From NCBI GenBank assembly GCA_964057225.1, contig OZ059900.1, positions 6,944,001 to 7,008,000 of the forward strand: a DNA stretch of 64,000 nt, in the 5' to 3' direction. Below, in pieces: positions 53,456-64,000 of this stretch. Within the stretch, counting starts at the first letter, position 1; the number at the start of each line of letters is the position of its first letter. The notes below the pieces were generated by a model, which worked only from the letters and a program-made list of their open reading frames with translations, did not search any database and was not told the origin of the DNA. This DNA comes from Auanema rhodensis (lineage: Eukaryota > Animalia > Nematoda). Both the position numbers and the translations under genes were made by a program.

Positions 53456-56408
53456 TTAGAACTTGTTGATATTATATTGTATAGAAGTTTCCCATCTATT
53501 GATTATCAGTAAGAAAGGGATATAGTCTCTTGCTACATCATCAGAACAGAGGTTATAAAGCAAGTTCATGATAGCGCGTAAAGTTTTGTAATTTTGGGGA
53601 CGATACGTTTTCCGCTGAAATGCGACAATATAGGATAACGAAGTAAAGTTTGAACTAACAACAAACTTTTGAATAATTGGGTGGTAGTCGATTTTTTGAG
53701 ATTTTTTAAGTGCCTTGTTATAAGGATAATCATCGCAAGGTTCATAGTTCAGATCGCCAATCCTCTTATAATATCTATTCTCGATCAATATAGGCAAGGA
53801 CTAGTAGAAAGAATGTATACTTTAGAACTTCAATATTATTAGATACCGTGCTAATGAGATCAAATTGCAATTGATTCAGAAGACCTCGAATATCCTGCTT
53901 CAATACATGGTTTTGCAAAATATTCATCAAATCTATCTCATCAATGTATTTTTCGGTGAAAGCAAAAACACAAACCTGAATAAAAAAGTGGATAATTGCT
54001 TCAAGTATAGTAAACTTACTGATGCGTACAATGCCACAACCTTTTTGTTAAACTTATCCAAAGAAATTGTTTTATAATTCCATAACTTTATATATTCTTG
54101 TGGTATCTTTGTACAGGTTAATATTACAGGTTGATCAGATTGGGCAATTAAATTTTCTAATTTACGGTAAAAACCTTGATCGTACTTTTTAAAATAGATG
54201 TCAATCTGTAAAAAAAAGCTAATCTACTGAATAAACTTAAAGTTCCATCTTAAATTTACATAAACTTACATCTTCAACTAAAAGTATTGCGTTTTTTGTG
54301 GATTTATTTCGTAGGCCTATTGATTTTGGAAAAAAACATCTTTTGGAAAGTGTCGAGTGTTCTATACCTACATCCACGTTCTGTATTATACAGTCGAAGT
54401 CAGCAGCTATAGAATGAACCTACGTGAAGAAAATACATATTCTAAATATCAACAAACTATACTAACTAATGATGTTTTTCCTGAGCCGGTTGGCCCTTCA
54501 ATTATGAAAGGAATTGGAGAAAATGTCTTCTCATTCTTGTTGCGATACGATTCTGATGAATATACATCTATACGTTTCATCTATGTTTCTTACAAACTTT
54601 TGTTTCGTTGCTTCCATCTCTCTTCAACAAAGTTCTTGACTTGATCGCAAGCACTTTTGCTTCCTAACCAGAGGGCTGATGCAGTAGGCTGTAATGCTTG
54701 TGGCCATGCAAGAGTCTTAGCTTTTTGGCGACTGTTCAAAGCATGATTATACCAGATAGCTCGAATATCCTGATTAAATCTGTTGCCATTTTATTTGACT
54801 GAATTCAACTGAAAGCTTACACATTGATCACTTCTTTCATAGTTTTAGAACTTATAACAGGTAGAAAATGAGCTTTACTTTTTGTTGAATCCACCTTTTT
54901 ATAAAATGAGATTGGAGTTCTCTTTGGAGGTAACGTCCATGTCTGAACATTTTTTACATTAATTTATGATTTAAAAAGTCAGAAAATCTTACTGGATCTA
55001 TTACAGGCTCGATATATGTAGGTAAAACATTGAAACGTGAAAACGGAGCGTGATCATACTTTCTGTGAACTGAATAATAAAATTTGAGCATCATCTTGAA
55101 AATATATTTCTGACCTTTCATTTTTAAGGGATGTGTAGGTAATGTTCTGCTAATTTTCTGTTCTACAAATGTTTTGTTCTCAAGAACCTAAACTAATTAA
55201 AATATGTACAAGCCTTTATAAAACTATTGCATATAGATGACATATTTCAAAAATAACTGTTCACAAACCTTTTCACACGTAACACTAATACAGTTTTCAG
55301 CTGCCGATTTAGATGATTCGAATGGTGAAACTTGCTCAGCGGGACAACTTTTATCTAGATTTGAAGATCCTTTTTTAATTGTAGAAGTTTCTGTGTTTAT
55401 AATGGGCAATTTTGCAGTATCGTTACAAATTTCCTTTTTAGAGCAAATTATTTTCTCTTCAACACTACTATTTGAAGATGCTTCACAATTATCAATAAAG
55501 CCATTTAGCTTTACAGTATTCACAGAACTAAGTCGTTTAGGATCAGAAAACTTTTTCTGAATTTAACAAAATGAATATGAAAATTGATGATGACAACTTA
55601 CAATTTGTTCTGTTTTGGTTCTTCTTGTTCTTAGTCCTGCAGTCTGCAATTATATAATTTTAGATTTCATATAATTCATTATGTAAAATCAGAGAATGTG
55701 AAACTCACAGTTGAGTTTTTCTTTCGAGGCGTTTTGTCAGCTTCGTTTTTAATATTTTTAATTTTTTCAGCAAACACACTAAAAAAGAACATAAATAATT
55801 GATTAAAAATAAGAAAATACTTTAAATATAACGGACCATTGTTACGTCGATCTAATTTTTCAATCTAAAATTAACTGAATAATAACGTTAACAACCACAA
55901 TTTTTACCTTTTCACGACTATTTGGAGTTAATTCCAGTTCTTTAGACACTTTAATATTATGAGTCTGAACCAACATTAAATGTTTGCAAATCAAAGAGCA
56001 ATATGGCATATTACCTCTGTACCATCGTCCTCATCAATAGGGGTATCGATTGGCATTCGAACAACGCCTTGCTTCTGTAAAATGAAAGTTAATAACTATT
56101 ACATATTACTTATAACACATACCCAACCATGCAATGGAGCTATTATACAAACTGAATTTCTATCGTGAAACTTAACGGTTCTCACATTCTATATGATGCT
56201 AAGCGTATATATCAGAAATATATTTTGTAGACGTACCTTTTCTTTTGGACCAGCAATTGAGCGAATAATGGGCTTTATATCTTCACTTAAGTGTTCTACA
56301 TCAACCTAAAAACAACTTTACTTTTAAAATAAATTATCAAAGAATAACCAAAATATTCTGTTTATTTGCAGCATTTTCTCTTAATGCAAGTGATCTTCTC
56401 GTAATCAT
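53456..56408 (-). CDS. ATAD5/ELG1-like RFC large subunit (AAA+ PCNA unloader)
   Basis: WPQALQP...LG (resembles the WTEKYQP box), Walker A IEGPTGSGKTSLV, Walker B region LLVEDIDIYF...GFYRKLENLIAQSDQPVILTC, and C-terminal DYIPFL. Multi-exon; ATG at 56408. Confidence 0.8.
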
Positions 56409-56971
56409 TTTAGCCAAATTCTGAAATTTCTTAGTAGTACAGCATGAAAACGAATGTTCATTTTCAAACATATGAACAGAAAAAAGTTTAACATATTTTA
56501 ATTATTTTGATGAATCTCACTGTATATTACAGAAAAAAAACACGAACACAAAATTCGTATAACAATTGCAAAATACCATTTCGAAAATGTAGAAAAAGCA
56601 GTATTTATCAAATGAAAGGTGTTTATTTGCAAAATTGCATATCATCACTAAGTATCCTTTTGTTTTGTGGTTTGGCTACTTGATTCACACCTTGGGTTGT
56701 ACAATGCATCGAATACTCCTTCATTCCAATTTGAAAACAAATAAATAACAAGAAATAATAGAAATTGTTGAATTCACTAAAGAAAAAAAAAGAAAAAAAA
56801 AGATGTCACGTGAAGAAAATCAATATATTATATAGTATAATATAATACTAACCATTTAAATGGCTCATAATACATAATTTACCCGCATCACAATAGATCA
56901 CGTACGTAACAAATAGTTATAATATCAATTTACCGTAATTTTTTGCTTTGCTCTACAAATAAAAGAATAAA

Positions 56972-57043
56972 GGTACCCAGTATTTTTACGCCATCTCTGA
57001 TTCAAGTACTACCAGAGCCCAACGTTAGTCGGCTGTTGTAAGC
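56972..57043 (-). pseudogene. Decayed 5S rRNA with an internal deletion
   Basis: Minus strand GCTTACAACA...AACGTTGGGCTCTGGTAGTACTTGAATCAGAGATGGCGTAAAAATACTGGGTACC is collinear with 5S nt 1-10 and ~58-112. Confidence 0.75.
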
Positions 57044-57184
57044 AACAACTTTGCTCTGTTACATTCTTTTTAATTTTTGTAATTTCATTTTATTCTTAAA
57101 GACAGTTTGAATATGAAGTCGAGAATCTTTATTATAGTCAACAGTTTAATTAGAGAACGAACTGAATAAATTCAATTGCTAATG

Positions 57185-57549
57185 TCATTCAATTCTAAAT
57201 TTCACTTTCATCTCCTCAAACTTTTCATTTATTTCATCCAGTGCTTCCAGAATGCTTTCTGGCAATGGCGTACCAGCGTCATCATTAGTTCGAATCAGAT
57301 CCTCAAAGGAGGTAATAGTTGTTACAAGAAGAGGTTGAAACTCGCGATACTCAACCAATAACAATGCACGTTTTTCTTTTTCTTTTGTAATGACATTGTC
57401 TATTACATCAAGTAGCTGTTTGAATTGTGTCATTGAAGCGTACATCTGTAAATCCATTGTATAAGTTATAAGTCATGAATGTTTTAACTTACCCTTCTTA
57501 ATTCAAAAGGTGAGGATGGGTTAACATTCTGTAAATATTGGCTGAACAT
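57185..57549 (-). CDS. Gene C: intact ~105-aa helical protein, diverged paralog of gene A; exons 57549-57493 and 57445-57185
   Basis: CTCTTCAG acceptor upstream and a phase-0 GTAAG...TTTACAG intron. Aligns without gaps to gene A at 12/59 identities (manual count). The N-terminus could extend further. Confidence 0.7.
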
Positions 57550-58199
57550 AATCTCAATTCTGTAAGAACTATGCAAAGTTGAGCAATCCTGAAGAGAGCA
57601 GAATCAATGAATTGAAAAAACTTTTTGAAAATTTTAGTGTTAAAAATAACTTTATTTCAGATGAAATAGATTGTTTTTCTTTTTCTTTGTTTCAAATAAT
57701 GAAAATTATTTTCTCGATTTCAGTAAAAATCAATTAGGACAGAAAAATTTTAGTAAAGTATAGTTCGAATTCGATGTTTTTGGGTAAAATGAAAATTTTC
57801 GAGCTTTTAAGAATTTCTAAAATTGAAAAACTATTAAAAAACTCAGACGCAATTGACTCTACTCAGTAAACTTTAAACCTACTAATAGGACCCTGCGTCC
57901 TTTATGAGCAATACTGCGAAAAACACGATCAGATTTCAAATTCAGCGGGGATCATATAAAAATTGGTCAAATTTCTGCTCATAATTAGTGAAGTTCGTTT
58001 ATTTATGTTATGTATAGAGTTTTCGTGATTTTTAGTGTGTAGTTCTAACTTGTTCAAAAATGTACAAATCATTCTCAAATCACCCATTCTGTTTCGAGAT
58101 TTTCAATTAATCTACCCCTGTCAATCTGTAGAGATCCATATGCAACTTATAACGTTCGAGAACGGTCCACTGAAATTTTTTACAAAAACTTATCGTATA

Positions 58200-60726
58200 T
58201 TGATACAACTCTCAATTACTATGTACAAACAATAGCAATGTTATTAAGCTTCAAATTAATAAAAGTGAAAAACATGTTCCTATTGCCTATTCAAATCCTC
58301 ATGTGTTCTTCATGTTTGCCTATCCCGGAGTGTGAACCTTTTTTCATTTGAGAAAACTAAAAAAAACTTTCTTTGCCTATGAAATGGAAAGTTCAAGTGT
58401 GTTTTTCATTTAATTGAAATGTGATTGGATCACTTTGCATATGTGTTCAATCACAAGGTGTCACATAAACATAGGTATAATGGAAAAAACATGCTTCACT
58501 TCCCTAATCAACTTTAACCATGCCACAACTGTTTTATCTCGAAAGCTTTATGCGTCTGCAACTTCTTTCTCTCAGCGTCATGACTTATCTTAACGTCTCT
58601 AACCACTTCTATTCTCTATCATCATTAGCCATTTCGATGTTTCTCTTCCTTGTGAAGAAACCATACTTGATTTCTCTATCCGTCAACTCATCCAACAGCC
58701 CCTCCCCGATTGTCTAGTTCTCTCTTATCTACCTCTCAAAGTCTTATAGTCCTCACCAATTTCTTTTCTTTTTGACTCTTTTTGTATCATCATATTATCA
58801 TCTCGTCTCTTTTCGGTATTTTTTCTTTTTCTTTCAGCTATCTCATCCTTCTCCTAGTTGTCCTCGCTGGAAGCAGAATCGGGGCACAAGTGATGGGCAT
58901 GTCGCTATACATGGACCACACCCCTGCTTGGGAACAAAACGGTAGTAAATCAAGAAAAAGAAAACGTTAAGAAAAAATGCAAAAAGAACACGCATAGTTC
59001 CTATGATACAACAACAAGCCGCCAAAATAGTCGAAATGACCACCCAGAACTTTAAGTTTAAAAAACAAATACACAACAAGCTAAAAAAATACAAAGCATG
59101 TTATGAATTAATGCATAGAAGAGATGATCAAACAAGAGAAATCTCAGAAAGACTCTTTTTTTTTCAAAAGTTTTATATAGCTAATATTTACTTTTTGTTT
59201 ATTTAATGAAACTAACTTTTTTTGGATCTAAATAATTATGATGCAAATGCTAAATTTCACAGAAAAAATTTAGGTCCTATTACCCATATTGATGAATTCA
59301 TATTTCATTAGAAAATATTTGCTTCTTACAATAATAAAGAGAGTAAACTAGGTAAAAGTTAATGAGAATGGTGTACAACGTGTTTGTTCATTACCATTTT
59401 ACCGTTTTTGTTAATATATGCTCAAACATTTGAATAATAATATTTGATAAGTATCATTTTATTTACAACTAAACCGGGTCTCACATTTCGCAAAACTTAC
59501 TTGAAAATAGAAACAATTGATATAAAATTATTAGTCGTATTACATCCTTTGTGAAATATAATTGCCTGAGCTTCATGTCTCCGGATTCATCAATTTCTTC
59601 ACTTCGACAGTTTTTTCAAAAATGCCAAATATGCTAATCAGTCATAAAATTCACTTTTTAACAGTAGGAATATGAAATACAACATACGTATTATGCTTAA
59701 TTATAGTTTTACAAACAGATATTTCATTTATTTTGTTCAAACATTTCTAACTATATACATATAGGATATTCGATAATGTTTGTAAATTTAACTACAAAGT
59801 TATATATGCGTGACATTTATGTGTTCAATTTCAACTCATGATATGCTAGTTTTTGCCTTTCACAAAGAATCGGCGTGTATTGACACAACTCTCAATTACT
59901 ATGTACAAACAATAGCAATGTTATTAAGCTTCAAATTAATAAAAGTGAAAAACATGTTCCTATTGCCTATTCAAATCCTCATGTGTTCTTCATGTTTGCC
60001 TATCCCGGAGTGTGAACCTTTTTTCATTTGAGAAAACTAAAAAAAACTTTCTTTGCCTATGAAATGGAAAGTTCAAGTGTGTTTTTCATTTAATTGAAAT
60101 GTGATTGGATCACTTTGCATATGTGTTCAATCACAAGGTGTCACATAAACATAGGTATAATGGAAAAAACATGCTTCACTTCCCTAATCAACTTTAACCA
60201 TGCCACAACTGTTTTATCTCGAAAGCTTTATGCGTCTGCAACTTCTTTCTCTCAGCGTCATGACTTATCTTAACGTCTCTAACCTCTTCTATTCTCTATC
60301 ATCATTAGCCATTTCGATGTTTCTCTTCCTTGTGAAGAAACCATACTTGATTTCTCTATCCGTCAACTCATCCAACAGCCCCTCCCCGATTGTCTAGTTC
60401 TCTCTTATCTACCTCTCAAAGTCTTATAGTCCTCACCAATTTCTTTTCTTTTTGACTCTTTTTGTATCATCATATTATCATCTCGTCTCTTTTCGGTATT
60501 TTTTCTTTTTCTTTCAGCTATCTCATCCTTCTCCTAGTTGTCCTCGCTAGAAGCAGAATCGGGGCACAAGTGATGGGCATGTCGCTATACATGGACCACA
60601 CCCCTGCTTGGGAACAAAACGGTAGTAAATCAAGAAAAAGAAAACGTTAAGAAAAAATGCAAAAAGAACACGCATAGTTCCTATGATACAACATCAAGCC
60701 GCCAAAATAGTCAAAACGACCACCCA
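58200..60726 (+). repeat. Recent direct duplication of ~850 bp (58200-59046 and 59880-60726, offset 1680)
   Basis: The copies differ at only a few positions. Confidence 0.95.
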
Positions 60727-62816
60727 AACAATGATAACTTTATTACGTCAACCACTTATGTATTTTCAATCTAGAAATAGTTGTAATTAAAATCATTTAA
60801 ATTAACTTAGATCGTGATCAAAAAACTGTTTAAACAAGGATAAACAAACGAGTTGAATAAACGTCGCTGTAGCAGACACAATAAGTATTGCCGAAATCGA
60901 TTTAAGACACGTTCAATGCATCTTTTCAAATTTAATTGTCCGGCTCAAACTACAGTGACCATGATCAATAACGTGTGTACTTGTTAAGGTTATCTTCAGA
61001 TAGGTCACTCATTCATATCCTGGTCGATTTAATATATTTTTTTGATTAAACAGGTAATTCATGAAAAAATAATTATTATGCCCAATTGCAATTCAAAACT
61101 TTTCAATAACAGCTTGTCAATCATTCGTGTTTGACCGTATATTAATACTACAATTAATATAACAACGTCAGATATGATGACTAAGTATGATTTTTCAGGC
61201 GCAAAATGTATGTGATTTAATCGGAAATGCGACTAGGTCATAGCGTCAGTTCAAACGTATGCATGAATATATCTTGATTTGTCTAGCGTGATAGCGTGTT
61301 AAGAGAAAAGGATCAATGATTACACGTGAATAAAATTTTCTTTCTTTTTTTAGCGATGATTTAAAGAAATTTAGAGAAAAAGAGATTGAGAGAAAGAGGA
61401 AGAATTCAATCACGAAGAACGTGAAATAGGATTCAAAAGAAGTAAAATAAAAATACTCCATATTTATCGGTATAAATCTGTTCTTGCTTTACACATGACA
61501 ATTGATAATCAGTCAAGATAGACATACCCGCTTAATCAAATCTGTTGAAAGCGTCGGATCTCCGTTTTTGTCTCCTCTTTTATCATCTGATCAATCAATT
61601 TAATTAAATATCATATGGTCAATCACTCTCGTACATGATCACTTCGTTTTTAAACCTATTTCTCTGATTTCTCTCACTTTGTTCACATAATTGATATTAT
61701 TTTATGTCATATCTTTCTATTTTCAACGTTTTTCATTTTGTAACCCCTTATTCGTTTCAGAAATATCATTATTCATTTTGACCTTTTTAACATTTTTTAT
61801 CTTTTTCTCCCTACTTTTAACACATAGAAAAAGACTTATAGATTGTCTCTTGTTATCGATACTGTTAGTTGAATTCCAATTATACTTGGAAAAAACATTA
61901 GATCCCCCCACCCTCCGTCTAACAAATTTATATATCAAAGGGCAATTGTGTTCACACAGCGTATCTAGTGCAGCAGCCTGGTTGTAGCCTATACCAATTT
62001 CATCTCATATTTACCTATACATATACATACATACGCATCCATACAGCCTGCATCTACCATCATTCCTCTTCCGTTTTTGCTTGTTTGTCAAATTCGTTTT
62101 CATCTTTCTCTTTCATTTCTGCAATTGTACTCTCCCTCTCCCCCGTCATCTTTTTCGATCATCAGCCATCATCATTTTCTTCAGGCCACTACCACCATCA
62201 GCGTCGTCAACAGCTACCACCTTTCTACAACTTTCCACTGTTTAACACTCAACGCCCCTCCCTGCATACATACATATACATCTAGAGATTAGAGAGCGAG
62301 TAGCAATATAGCAATTCGAAGAGAAGTAGAAAGCACGAGACATCGAAAGAACGAGAAAAAAACGAAAATACAGAAAAGGAAGAGAAAGACAGAGTTAGAT
62401 ACCGAGACAGATAGAGTCATTACGAATTGTCTATTGCATCTGACGCCCACTAAACGTCCGTCCTCTCTCTTCTTCCACAGTTAGGGGCAGCTAGCTAGCT
62501 AGAGGTTTCAATTAATTGCCTATCCTACATACATAAGCAACTTCAGTGAGGATCGAAGGCATCTCAATCAGCCAGTTTTTCATAACGTAAGCTCATATTT
62601 AGCACAAGCCAATTATAATTCATGCTATAATTTCAGTGATAACAGTCGCAAATTTCATTTCTCTATTCATTGTTGATATTCAGCTATATCATATAACTTC
62701 TATTTGTTGTTGTTAACAGCTATTATTACATTACTTAGGAAACAGTCTACATTATTTCTGCCGTTATCCACTAGAATTATACAGAATACTATTATATTAC
62801 TTTAATATTCAATATA

Positions 62817-64000
62817 ATGTATGATTCATCACCACGTCAAAAACAGTCATCGGAAGCGTATGGCTATCAAGATTCATACTATACAACAGCTCCTCGACAG
62901 CCTCGTACTCGATCGCAAACACGTTTAAATTCCGAATTTGCACCAAATGCTAACGACTATCCAGTGTATAGCCAATCATCTAAGTCATTAGATAAATCAC
63001 AAAGGTAGTTCCGTTTCAATCTTTCTAAACAGTTATTTTTCAATATTTTTTCAAAAAAATTTCGATTTGCGTTTCTTTCAAGTCTACCGCTTTATTGTAT
63101 CGAAATTAATTTAAACAAAAGCTTCTTTGCTGCCTATCATCGCAAAGTTTTCATGATCATTTTATGGAAGAAAGTATAATAATTTATGATAGAATATCAT
63201 TGATAATTATACTCATTTACATTGAACTGTCGGTGTTTATTTATTGCTTTTTCTTTTTTATGAAGAATTTTATGCCAGCATCCTAGTTTTTTCTTCTATT
63301 GTTTGTCGCAAACTGGAAAACTATATATACGATGTATGTTATTCTCTCGTAGAGAAAATGAAAAAATCGTAGAGTTCATTATCTTTTGTCTCTAAGTATC
63401 ATTGATTATACTTTCAATATGAAGAAATTCGTAACAAAAATGAGAAAAAATTTGCAATTACTCGCTGAATTTTACTTTTTATTTTAATTTTAGAGCTCGT
63501 TCTCTAGATGCAGTACGTGGAGCAGCTTCACAAGAAGATATAGGCAGACAGATTAGTGGGCCACGTGGTAATAATGGACCACAAGGTGGTGTAACTATTC
63601 CAATTCGCATTGAACGTGGACCGGCAAGAACATTCGACCAAGATCGTGAGCGTGATCACCGCAGAGTTGAAAACAGTCAAAACTATAATGCTGGATATAA
63701 TATTGGATCAAGACGTCCAACTGCTGAAAATAATCCATACCAGCGACAAGGTCATCGTGCATATGATGATCCTTCTCCAAGAAGCTATGATGATTCTATG
63801 ATCATGAAATCGTCAAGAAATTATGATTCACCTTCGATGCCAAGAATACAAAGACCTCATCCAGATGACACAGCTATTCTGAAGCCGCGAGGTTTTGAAG
63901 AATCCGCAGTTCAATCACATGGTCGCTACTATGAAGATGATGTTGCTATGAGAGCACCAAGAGGATATGATGATGGATATATACCACGTAGCCAACGGAA
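62817..64000 (+). CDS. 5' part of a gene truncated by the window edge; disordered R/D/Y/S/P-rich N-terminus; exons 62817-63004 and 63494->64000
   Basis: A phase-2 intron GTAGTT...TTTTAG joins MYDSSPRQ...DKSQR to ARSLDAVRG...GVTIPIRIERGP..., open to the edge. Confidence 0.75.

Noticed and set aside
57760-58200. Possible decayed MITE sharing short words (AATTGGTCAAATT, TCAGCG) with the foldback arm; a similar impression at 3780-3960
   Set aside because: I could not define terminal inverted repeats or an extended alignment by eye.

Overview
AT-rich eukaryotic DNA, most likely nematode: short GT-AG introns with TTTCAG acceptors, a cuticlin, and nematode-type 5S and U2 sequences. The first 35 kb is mostly ordinary single-copy genes: a truncated membrane-protein gene, a 78-aa membrane protein, a roughly 2,200-aa Q/N/M-rich repeat protein, two small diverged paralogs with a PB1-like motif, an ENPP-family protein missing most catalytic residues, a cuticlin and a GLUT-like MFS transporter. 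An ATAD5/ELG1-like clamp-unloader gene lies at 53.5-56.4 kb and a disordered-protein gene runs off the right edge. The most unusual region is 38.7-57.5 kb. A variant U2 snRNA and two 5'-truncated tandem copies lead into a ~13.4-kb imperfect palindrome centred on an 85/97-bp satellite. Each arm carries two 5S rDNA units, and each unit's spacer holds an intact three-exon gene for a 160-aa basic/coiled-coil protein. Two more diverged relatives of that gene (one frameshifted, one intact) sit next to decayed 5S copies, and all 5S or pseudo-5S copies are followed by a similar CGCGGG-type motif. This suggests an old 5S + promoter + coiled-coil gene module that has been repeatedly amplified and reshuffled. 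All gene models and alignments were made by eye; no database searches were run.
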